DNA of 49,767 nt, counting the filler, from Jimgerdemannia flammicorona (lineage: Eukaryota): the NCBI GenBank assembly GCA_003990765.1. It is 2 parts of 2 records of this genome, joined end to end, with 100 filler letters (N's around TTAATTAATTAA, not from the genome) between each part and the next. Parts side by side here need not be neighbours in the genome. Positions count along the whole stretch, not along the records: positions 1 to 24,836 come from RBNJ01000916.1; 1 more part is not named here. One strand, given 5' to 3'. The position numbers were made by a program, and so were the translations under genes. A model generated the notes under the pieces. It did not search any database, was not told where the DNA came from, and worked only from the letters and a program-made list of their open reading frames with translations. The stretch's first letter is position 1. Every line of letters starts with the position of its first letter. This document shows positions 11,233 to 22,200 of this stretch, piece after piece.

Positions 11233-12804
11233 ATGCTCCACCATATTCTGAGCCCTTTGAGGGCAGTGCTTTCCGTCCGATGCAGGATTTTTGCAGTCAG
11301 CATAGTCATCGCTTTCGTGTTTAGTTTGATCACGCTTTATCAGTACACTGTGCGTGTAGGTGTTAACCAAGAAGAGTACCAGACGTCGTTGCGAACACAG
11401 AAACAAAACCTACCACCAGGGACCTATTTCTGCACGCCGTCGAGTTTCAACATAGGGACCCATGTCCGAAGGCCTTTTGGTTTTGTGCGTACTCTCGACG
11501 AGCTGATTCACAAAGCTGGGTACCAATGCACGGCGGACACGTCAAAACCCCTCACACAAGAAGAACTCGTACGAAAAAAGAGAGCGTGAGCAACATTTTC
11601 TGCGGTTTCCTTTTCGCTTTGTTACCGATATCGATCTCATATTTTAAAGGAACACCCACACCCTCGACCCCCTTACCAGCATGGAATGGACTTGGAAGCC
11701 AACGTCCTGCGCCCTCCTCGAATTCGACCCTCTCCTCTTTACACGCCACCTCGAACAAAACCCTCTCCTCTTCATTGGCGACTCAATTTCACGCCAGCAG
11801 CTTGTATCACTCCGCTGTCTCCTGGGCGACTACGTGATAACGATAGACGACCCGTTCTCCGACTCGGCGTTCTTCATGCCCGGCAAGGATTCGGCGGAGT
11901 GGCGCATCCAGTTGAGTTCCGTCGCCGTGAAGGAGAATCGGACCCTGAGCATGTTCTTGCGCTCGGATTTCTTGGTCAGGTCGCGAGACCTGGAGATCAT
12001 CAAGCCTGGGGAAGAGCTAGAGTTGGAGAGGGATCCATTCAATTTTGCTTGGTGAGTTCCATCCTTTGTGTGTGTGTGTGTGTGTCCTATCGATCGCAAA
12101 ACAACTAACGAAAATAGAACCACAGGTCCCACATTGTCCCAGAATTCAAATATGTCGTTATCAACACTGTAAGCACCGTCGTTTATTAATGATTAATATT
12201 TATATTCTACCCATCGATATTCTAACCGCTCTTTCTGTTACTGATCCGCAGGGAGCTCATTGGAACGTACGTGCTTTCAACACCTCTCTCCCTATTCTCG
12301 AGGCCTACCAGATCATGATCGACAGAATCCTCAAGTATTTTACAGTCAAGCATCCGCGTGTGCGCGTCTTTATTCGGGGTAATGTCTACGGGCACTTCAA
12401 TTGCTCCCAGTACACCGAACCGCTACTCAGTCCCCAGTTGCCTATGCCTGTAGCGGGGCAGCACAATTGGTACGACATGCTGACAATGAATGAGTTGTGG
12501 AAGGTTGGTTTCGTTTCGTTCCGTCAATGCAACCCATCTTTGCTCTTCTGCTTATTTTTTTTTGGTGACCTGAATCATCTGATATTGAAATAACCATCAA
12601 ACTCACATAATATAAACCCTGCAGACCTCTATCCACGACTTCGGAAACCCACAGATCACTTATTTTGACGTTTCCTTTAGCGAGCTCCGTGCTGACAGCC
12701 ACGCCGATCCCAAGAAACCCGACTGTCTTCATTTTTTACTTCCTGGGCCAATAGATTCATGGAACCGGTTACTTTACCACGAGATTTTCAGAAAATTACT
12801 CTAG
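11233..12804 (+). CDS. PC-esterase / TBL (trichome birefringence-like) SGNH-fold O-acetyltransferase/esterase, type II membrane protein, 399 aa; exons 11233-11585, 11680-12051, 12126-12168, 12252-12503, 12625-12804
   Basis: Four GT-AG introns join five exons into an open 1200-nt CDS. N-terminal TM segment IFAVSIVIAFVFSLITLY; motifs WTWKPTSC, FIGDSISRQQLVSLRCLL, VVINTGAHW, LRADSH and DCLHFLLPGPIDSWNRLL match the GDS and DxxH motifs of the family. Confidence 0.92.
12067..12085 (+). repeat. (TG)n microsatellite in intron 2
   Basis: tgtgtgtgtgtgtgtgtgt run. Confidence 0.9.
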
Positions 12805-13779
12805 TTAAACCACTATTCCAAAAGACAATAGTTAGTGCTTTTGTAAATGTACATCAAGACAGTTTAAACTACAATCTGATAGAGATAAAAAAAAACTATG
12901 TAAGTGGTTCCGTGACGTTAATACACGCTATTCGCTCGTTGACTCGAGCCGAAACAAAACCATTCCCTACTTTCATGCCTAAGTTCGAGACGGAACGAGT
13001 TGAAATGCTATCACTTGACGCTACGGGAAAACACGGTGTTGTAGGGTACAAGCTTTCGCCGACAATTATGCGACCCAGCCACACTGACACCACCGCTCGG
13101 TAATGTGCGTAGGGGGCTCCTCGTTCTACTCAGGTTACGAATCCCTTGGTTGTGTCACACTGTTTACAAACTTTGTCCAAGATTGCTGAATGTGAGTTTG
13201 CTTATGCTATTATTATTTCCCCCGTACACCGCATATATCGCGTGATCTGAACTCCCAAAACCGATACTCCACCAAACGCATGCAATGGTTGAACATGACA
13301 GTGGCCTCAACCTAAGGGATGGGAAATCGGTATGGCCATTCCAGTCGTATGACAGAAACACGATTCTAACGCACGCATGAGCAACACGGGAATGTAGCCA
13401 CATTCCAAGTCATATTAAAACTGCTTCTATCGGGACATCCATGGGAAAAATTCTCCTGTAATCAGCGGCCAGCATACGATCGCATGGTTCGTCTGACGCA
13501 GTTTTTCCATAAAAGGAAACAATATATATACTTCCTGTTATCAGGGTTGTGTCAAGCCTCTCATGTTCACGAAGGGTCTGACTGGATATGTGGGCGTCGA
13601 TCCTTGGACAGGTTAAATCCCAATCTGAGATAGGTTATCTAAAGCATCAAGCAGTCACGCACCAGAGATTCGGTAGCATGTTACTCTGCTATTGAGACGA
13701 TGACGAGTCAACGCAAACACGAACGTGCCGTCTTGATCTGTGATACAACGGACCCGGCTAGCAAGTTGGAATATTGTGC

Positions 13780-14300
13780 TATTGATAAATATGATAAGTG
13801 ATATAGAATCTATTACAACTTAGTATACTTTACTATTATATCTATATTTCAAGACAAGAATCTATAATATTCTTTATATATATAATGCAAAAATGTTGCT
13901 GTCTCAGCATTGTTTCTCTGTTCAAGAATTCTGAGAAATAAGCGGATAGGTTATTACATTGTGGATAATCTGGATAGACTATCAGTTCTAGGTTCTAAGT
14001 TCTGTGAGAAAGTACTAAGTTTCAAATGTCTGTTGCTGAGATATAGTCCAAATATCACTTTTGGGGTTTTGTACTGAGTAAAGATACTGTACTTGTATCC
14101 TAATTTGATCAGGCTCAGAATTATTAACAAGTTAGATCTGAGAGTTCTTTGAAGAGAATGCTTCTTTATTCTTAAGAGAGAAAAGTAGAGCTGAGGTTCA
14201 ACACACTCAGTATAGAGAATATTTATATAGATTGAAACTATGGCTAAATATGATATACTGGGTATATGTATCTATATATAGTTATACTATATATGGTATA
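13780..14300 (-). repeat. Decayed LTR-like remnant
   Basis: AT/TpA-rich. Reverse complement of ~14191-14230 reads TATATAAATATTCTCT...GAGTGTGTTGAACCTCAG, resembling the LTR core seen elsewhere. Boundaries uncertain. Confidence 0.35.
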
Positions 14301-14501
14301 GAATAACTACTATATTGGAATTTCCTTTGAAAATTCTATTATAATTTCTATTATCAACTTTATTTAAAAATTTTATTAAAAATACCAGTGACTTATTGCT
14401 ATATAATGAACTATTATATTCTTCTCTTCCTTATCTGAACCTACTCATTTAATTCTATACTTAGAGCTCCAAATAGATTAAATTCACCTGCTTTCACCAG
14501 T

Positions 14502-17500
14502 AACATTTGGGTGACACAAGACTCAGACAACACTTTTTACAACATTTTTGGTATCCAATGACTAACAACATGGATGGTAACAATCGAACTGGTGAGCATA
14601 CTGGCTAGGGGGGTGACAGCACCTTTGGCTGGCAGCAGGTGGGGAGGAGGGGAGATGGTTTGGGGATGCCAGGGGCCTCAATGGCTAGCCGGGGCCCTGG
14701 TGGTGGAGGGAGGGGCGGTCTGAGGCAGAGAGGAGGGGAGAGGTCGACCTTTGCTGACAAGGTCAGAATGGAGAAGATGGCTTCTGGGCTAGATAGTTGG
14801 CTGGACCTGGGGAAGACATCGATAGCTACTGCTGGGGGACAGGGAGGTGCACCCCGGGGTACTTCTGGTGGTAGGGAAGGGGCTGGAGTAGGGGCTGGAG
14901 ATGTGACTGTTGATGGGGCTGTGACTGGAGATCTGGCAAAAAATCCAGATGTGATGGCAGTTGGCAATTCGGGACTTAGAGTGGGCACGAGGCCCGGAGA
15001 CCTGGCTGATGGGGTGACATGCATGGTGTCGGCCCTGTTACTCAAGAAGTCGAGGTCAGAATTCACAGTCATGATGTGCTTCTGGGGCTTGGCAGTGATG
15101 GTGAGGATGATTTTGGGGCTGGTGGCACAGGAGGCTAAGAGAGCGGCGTCAGTGAAGTTCTTAAGAGGGAAGGAAGGAGTTGAGGTAGGGTTTGAGGAGG
15201 AAGACATCTTGTTGGCAGCCATGGAGAAGGGGGTGATGGTTGGCAGAGTTGTGATCTCTATGGTCCAGTGCATGCGCTGGGACCCCTGAGTGGTGTAGTT
15301 GATAGTGTTGGACCTCCCAACTGTGTCAAAGGAAAGGACCAGGGAGTTGGTTGTGGAGGCGGTCAAGGAGTATGGCGAGATTGTAGATGTTGGGTTTAAG
15401 GTCTGGGAGGGCACGGAGCTTAGAACTGGCGATGTTGATGTCAGGGTAAGGCTGGCTGGGAAGGAGAATACAGAGAAGTCGAGGGACTGGTCAGTGGCAC
15501 TGAGGTGGGGACAGGTGGAGTGTAAGGTCACCAGGGTGAAGGGGATGCCGGAGGAGGAGGAGGACCTGTTAGAGGCTCTGGAGGACCTGGAAGGGGCAGT
15601 GGTGAGGAGGAGATTGGCCTGGAAGGAGTTTGAGGCCAGGATGGTGGTGGGGGAGGTGGATGGGAAGAGGATCCAGATAGAGAAGGGGATCTGGGAAAAG
15701 ATGCAGGAGAGGAGGATCCAGAAGGAGCTGTTGGTGAAGTTGGGTGGAGGTGGGGCTGGCGGAAGCTCCAGGGAGAGAGTTGCAGGATCATGGGAGAGCG
15801 CCTGGGCTGAGGGAGAAGAGATGGCCCAGGGTGGGGTTCAGATTAGAGGTGGGGAGGGGAGGGAGGGCAATTTGGAGGCAGATGCCGAAATGGGTGAGGG
15901 TGTGCACCCTCAGTATAGTGTTCTGGATGGGGTGGAGGGGGAGGAGGAGTTGATGGATGTACCGGATGAAGAGTGGGATGAGTTGGTGAAAAGGAGTGTG
16001 CTGGTGGACCCTGAGGTAGATAGAGGACAAATTGCTCAGGGGGTGGTGGAGGCAGTGGAGGAGAAGTGGATATGGAAGACCTTGGAAGGGGTAGCAGCTG
16101 AAGAGCTGGGGGGTGAGGACTTCAGGGTGTTGGAGGAGAAGCATTGGGAGGAGATCCTACGGGGGGGGGAGGTGCCAAGGAAGATGAGGAATGAGATCCT
16201 GGTGGTCCTCCTGGAGTCAGTTGAATATCAGGTTGATGATCAGCGAGAGGAGGAACTTAGGAGGATTGTGAGTAACAGGGCAATTTTCTTGTAGAATTCG
16301 AGGAAGGGACTGGAGAAGTGATGCGCTGTCTGCTTGGACTATAGGGCTGATATGGAGGAAGTGGACAGGGTGGAATGTCAGGAAATCTTGGGGGCACTGG
16401 ATGTGCATGATAATGCAGAAGGTGAATTGGAAGCTGAGCAGTACTTGGATCTGGTGGGAGATGAGATGAGCATGGAATTATAGATTGGGGTCTCTATTGC
16501 AACATTTCTTCAATATGAACAGTACAACTAGGATTTTCTCATTGAATGTTAATGGGCTATGGGGGTCGGCTAGGAGGAAGTATATATTTGGTTGGCTTAA
16601 GGGACTGGATGCAGACCTCTTCTTACTACAGGATGTTCATTATGAGGCAGATGTAGACTTACAGGATTAGACTAAGGAATGGGGGGGCGCAGTAGTTTGG
16701 AGGGGGAAAGTGTGTATTCTCATTTGGAAAGGGATGGGGGACATTGGGAACATTGGACATTGGGGGTCTCAGGTGGTGTGGGGAGTGTGGAAGAGGCCTA
16801 GATGGGGCCCACTGATGGTCAGGTCCTGTTACTGCCCAGCTGAGAGAGGAGAGAGGGTGGATTGGATCTGCAGATTGAAAGAGGTTAGTGTGTTGGGAGA
16901 AGTTGGGTTAGACTGTATGGGGGGTGACTTCAACATGGTACAGGATAAAGAGTTGGACAGAACTGATGGAGGGTGAGGCATGCGGAGTGAAAGTAGTGGG
17001 TTGGGTGACTGGTTGGAGATGGAGAGGTTGTGTTCTCTAGTAGATTCAGGAAGACATTTTTGGACTGATCGGCAGATATACACCCACTGGGCAGCAGGAC
17101 TGGGCTCCAGGATTGACTGGGTCCTAATGGCAGAGTGTTGGGGAACTGATGTCTGGTCGGCGCTGGAAGTCATATGGTGTCCGTGGTCTGATCACTGGGG
17201 GCTGCTTGGAGGGGGGAGGTTTGGGGGAAATGTGGATGGGCCTGGACATTGGTGACTAAATTCTTCCCTGTTGGAGGATAGGATGTTGTAGGAGGGATGG
17301 GAATCGGAGGTGGTTGGAAATATCGGCAGGTGGCAGGAACAAGGACTGGAGATTGGGGACCGCTGGAGAAGGCTGAAGGCAAAGGCTCAGAAGTATTGGA
17401 GGGAAGTAGGGAAAGGGAAGTATGTCCAGTGTAGGTGGCAGGTGCTGTGGGCCTCGCGGCATCTGGCAGCACTCATGGAGAGATGGGCAGGTGTGCTGGA

Positions 17501-19240
17501 GGATGGGGCCATGACTGATTGGCATATTGCGAGGATTCGGCAGGAGGTGGAGGAGCTCAAAGGAGTGCTATGCAGAGAGGAGGAGGAGCAGTTGCAGGGA
17601 ATGGTGGCCTGCCTGCAGTAGCAGGGGCTTGAGGAGGGAGAGAGGCCTACCAGATTCTTGTCGCAGTTATTACAAGCACAGCGAATGAGGCAGCGGTGGG
17701 AGGGAGTTTTGGATGAGAATGGTGAGCTGGTGGTAGAGACTCCAGTGATTCTGGACCTACTGCAAACCCGGTGGAGGAATCTTTGGAGTGAGGAGGATGG
17801 GGGATTGGATGCCCTGAACATTGAAAGACAGCTGGGGGATTGGCACCCAAACCCTGCGATAGGACTTGGGGCATTGGGGGACCCAGTGAGTGGTGAGGAG
17901 ATTTGCAGGGTTGTGGCCTCAACGAGTATGGAGACAGCTCCAGGAGAGGATGGGCTTCTCTGGGATTTTTGGCAGAAGATGACTGGAGTGGGTGAGGTGC
18001 TAGAGGAAATGACTACTATGTGTGATGGAGTTCTTCAGTCTAGTGCTTGGATTGGGGGACAGTGCTTAGGGCTGGTCTCTTTGCTCTTTAAAGACAAGAG
18101 TAGGCGAGAGGACTGGAAGAACTGGTGGCCAATTATGCTTCTCAACATGGACCGCAAATTGGTGACAAAAATCTTGGTGATGAGGTTGCAAGGCATCGCT
18201 CAGCAGGTTCTTGGTGTGGAGCAACATGGGTTTGTCAGTGGTCGGTTGATTCGAGATGGGACGGCCTGGGTTCATAGAGTGATTGAAGGTACCTGGGTGA
18301 CAGGGGTGGATAGCAGATTGATGTTTCTGGACCAAGAGAAGGCTTATGATAGAGTGTGGAGAATATGGCTGGAGGGAGTGCTGAAGCGGATTGGTGTCCC
18401 ACCAGGGGTCCAAAGATCATTAATCAGTCTCTTGGAGGACAGTCAGATGGCATTGGTCATCAATGACCACAGGGGGATGACTTTTCCCTGGGACGTGGGG
18501 TACCACAAGAGGACCCCTTGTCACCCATATTGTATGCTCTTTCCCTGGAGCCACTATTGGACAAGATTCAGTATAAGATTGGAGGCTTGGACATTTTAGG
18601 GGTGAACTGGAAGATGGGGGCCTTTGCTGATGATATGGTGGTCAGACTGGGCTCCTTGGGAGATATGGGAGAGTTACAGAGGACTGTGGAATGGTATGAG
18701 CAGGGCTCTGGTGCTAAACTTAACTGGCACAAATGTGAGATACTGGTGCTGGGTACTGGAATTATTGGTGGCGATGTTATTGGGACAGTGGTACTGGTGG
18801 GTGAACTAGTGTGCTACTTGGGGATCTACTTCTCAGTGTTCAGATCTCTTCTTCCCCGAGCATGGTGGGACCATAAACTTCTAGAGTGGGGTAATGTCTT
18901 GCTGAGATGGGGAGGCCAGCATATGTCTCTTGCTGGAAGGGTGATGGTGTTGAATGTATACTGGATACCGAAACTATGGTATGTTGGATATCATTTGGAC
19001 TTCCCACTCTGGGTGGTTAAGGAGTTGTTGAAGTTGGCGAGGTCATGGATCTGGGGAGGGCAGCGAAGCCAGGTTGGTTGGGAGGTGCTCACACTGCCCT
19101 TAAAAAGAGGTGGGCTGGGCCTAGTGGACTTTACTAAGTGGCTTCTATGTCTGAGAGCCTGGTGGCTGCAAAGGGCGAGTGAGCTCAGGGGGCAGGAGTG
19201 GGTGCCACTCATGCAGAGGTTGTGGGAGGTGTGGTACTCC
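14502..19240 (+). mobile_element. L1/Tx1-like LINE copy A (intact 5' end, ORF1 14570-16483, ORF2 from 16515, cut off after the RT by copy B)
   Basis: Starts AACATTTGGGTGACACAAGACTCAG, like copy B. EN motifs SLNVNGL, GDFN, RIDW, SDH; RT AFADD. Sequence switches to the copy B 5' end after ...LWEVWYS. Confidence 0.93.
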
Positions 19241-22200
19241 AACATTCGGGTGACACAAGACTCAGACAACACTTTTTACAACGTTTTTGGTGTCCGACGA
19301 CTAACAAAATGGATGGCAATAATCGATCTGGTGAGCGTACTGGCCAGGGGGGTGACAGCACCTTGGGCTGGCAGCAGGTGGGGAGGAGGGGAGATGGTTT
19401 GGGGATGCCAGGGGCCTCGATGGCTAGCCATGGCCCCAGTGGCGGAGGAAGGGGAGGTCTGCGGCAGAGAGGAGGGGAGAGGATGACCTTTGCTGATAAG
19501 GTCAGGATGAGGAAGGTGGCTTCTGGGCTGGATAGTTGGCTGGGCCTGGGGAAGGCTTCGATGGCTATGGCTGGAGGTCAGGGAGGTGCACCTCAGGGTA
19601 CTTCTGATGGTAGGGAAGGGGCCAGAGTAGGGGCTGGAGATGTAACTGTTGATGGGGCTGTGACTGGGGATCTGGCAAAAAATCCAGATGTGATGGTAGT
19701 TGGCAATTCGGGACTTGGAGTGGGCACGAGGCCCGGGACCTGGCGGATGGGGTGACAGGTATGGTGTCGGCCCCGTTACTCAAGAAGTCGAGGTCCGAAT
19801 TCACAGTCACGATGTGCTTCCGGGGCTTGGCAGTGACAGCGAGGAGGATTTTGGGGCTGGTGGCGCAGGAGGCTAAGGGAGCAGTGACAGTGAAGTTCTT
19901 GAGAGGAAAGGAAGGGGTTGAGGTGGGGTTTGAGGAGGAAGATGCCATGTTGGCAGCTATGGAGAAGGGGGTGATGGTAGGTGGGGTTGTGGTCCCTATG
20001 GCCCGGTGTATGCGCTGGGACCCCCGGGTGGTGCAGTTGATGGTGTTGGACCTTCCCATGGTGTTGAAGGAAAGAACCAGGGAGTTGGTGGTGGAGGCAA
20101 TCAAGGAGTATGGTGAGATTGTGGATGTTAGGTTCAAGGTCTGGGAGGGCATGGAGCTTAGGACTGGAGACATTGATGTCAGGGTAAGGCTGGCCAGAAA
20201 GGAGAATACGGGGAAGTCGAGGGACTGGCCAGCGGCGCTGAGGTGGGGACAGGTAGAGTGTAAGGTCACTAGGGTGAAGGGGACTCAGGAGGAGGAGGAG
20301 GACTTGTTGAAGGCTCTGAAGGACCTGGAGGGGGCAGTTGCAAGGAGGAGATTAGCCTGGAAGGAGTTTGAGGCCAGGATGGTGGTGGGGGAGGTGGATG
20401 GGAAGAGGGTTCGGATGGAGAAGGGGGCTTGGGAGAAGATGCAGGGGAGGAGGATCCAGAAGGAGTTGTTGGCAAAGATGAGCAGGGGTAGGGCTGGTGG
20501 AAGCTCCGGAGAGGGGGCCACAGGGTTGCAGGAGAGCGCCTGGGCTGAAGGGGGTGAGATGGCCCAGGGTGGGGCTCAGATTGGAGTCAGGGAGGATAGG
20601 GAGGATAACTTGGAGGTGGATGCGGAAATGGACAAAGGTGGGCGCCCTCAGTATAGTGTTCCGAATGGGGCAGGAGGCGAGGAGGAGTTGATGGATGTGC
20701 CGGATGAAGAGTGGAATGAGTCAGTGAGGAGGAGCACGCTGGTGGACCCTGAGGTAGATGGGGGACAAATTGCTCAGAGGGTGGCGGAGATGGTAGATGA
20801 GGAGAAGTGGATGTGGAAGACCCTGGAAGGGATAGCGGCTGAGGAGCTGGGGGGTGAGGACTTCAGAGTGATGGAGGAGAGGCATTGGGAAGAGATTCTA
20901 CATAGAGATGAGGTGCCGAGGAAGATGAGGAATGAGATCCTGGCTGTCCTCCTGGAGTCTGTCGAGTATCAGGTTGATGATCAGCGAGAGGAGGAGCTTA
21001 GAAGGATTGCAAGCAACAGGGCACTTGTCTTGTGGAACTCGAGAAAGGGACTGGAGAAGTGGCGTGCAGTCTGCTTGGACTACAGGGCAGATATGGAGGA
21101 GGTGGACAGGGTGGAGTATCAGGAAATCTTGGGGGCACTGGATGCTTGGGATATTGTGGAGGGTGAATTGGAAGCTGAGTGGCTCTTGGACTTGGCAAGG
21201 GATGAGATGAGCATAGAATTATAGGTTGAGGTCTCTTCTACAATATCTACCCAATATGAACAGTATAACTAGGATATTCTCATTGAACGTTAATGGGCTA
21301 TGGGGGGCGGCTAGGAGGAAGTACATTTTTGGTTGGCTTCGGGATCTGGATGCGGACCTCTTCTTGTTACAGGATATTCAGTATGAGACCGATGTGGATT
21401 TACAGGATTTGACTAAGGAATGGGGGGGTGCAGCAGTTTGGAGGGGGAAAGTGGGTATTCTTGTTCGGAAGGGGATGGGGGACATTGGGGACATTGGACA
21501 TTGGGGGTCACGTGTGGTGTGGGGAGTATGGAAGAGGCCTGGATGGGGCTCGCTGACAGTTGGGTCTTGCTACTGCCCGGCTGAGAGAGGGGAGAGGGTG
21601 GATTAGATTCGCAGATTGAAAGAGGCTGGATTATTGGGAGAAGTTGGGTTTGACTGTATGGGGGGGGACTTCAACATGGTACGAGATAAGGAGTTGGACA
21701 GAATGGATGGAGGGAGAGGTATGTAAGGTGAGAGCGGTGGGTTGGCAGACTGATTGGAGATGGAAAGGTTGTGTTCTTTAGTGGACTCAGGGAGACATTT
21801 TTGGGCAGATCGGCGGGTATATACCCATTGGGCAGCAGGACTGGGCTCTAGGATTGACTGGGTTCTAATGGCGGAGTGTTGGGGAGTGGATGTCTGGATG
21901 GTACTGGGAGTCATATGGTGTCCATGGTCTGATCACTGGGGGCTGCTTGGAGGGGGGAGGTTTGGGGGAAATGAGGATGGGCCCGGACACTGGTGGCTCA
22001 ACTCTTCCTTGTTGGAGATATCGGCAGGTGGCGGAATTGAGGACTGGTAATTGGGGACCGCTGGAGGAGGTTGAAGGTGAAGGCTCAGGGGTATTGGAGG
22101 GAAGCGGGGAAAGGAAAGAGTGCTCAGCGAAGGTGGTGGGTGATGTGGGCCTCGCGGCATTTGGCAGTGCTCATGGAGAGATGGGCAGGTGCACTGGAGG

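Noticed and set aside
18518..19486. 322-aa ORF apparently fusing the RT C-terminus to new sequence
   Set aside because: Chance read-through across the A/B junction into B's 5' UTR and an off-frame part of ORF1.
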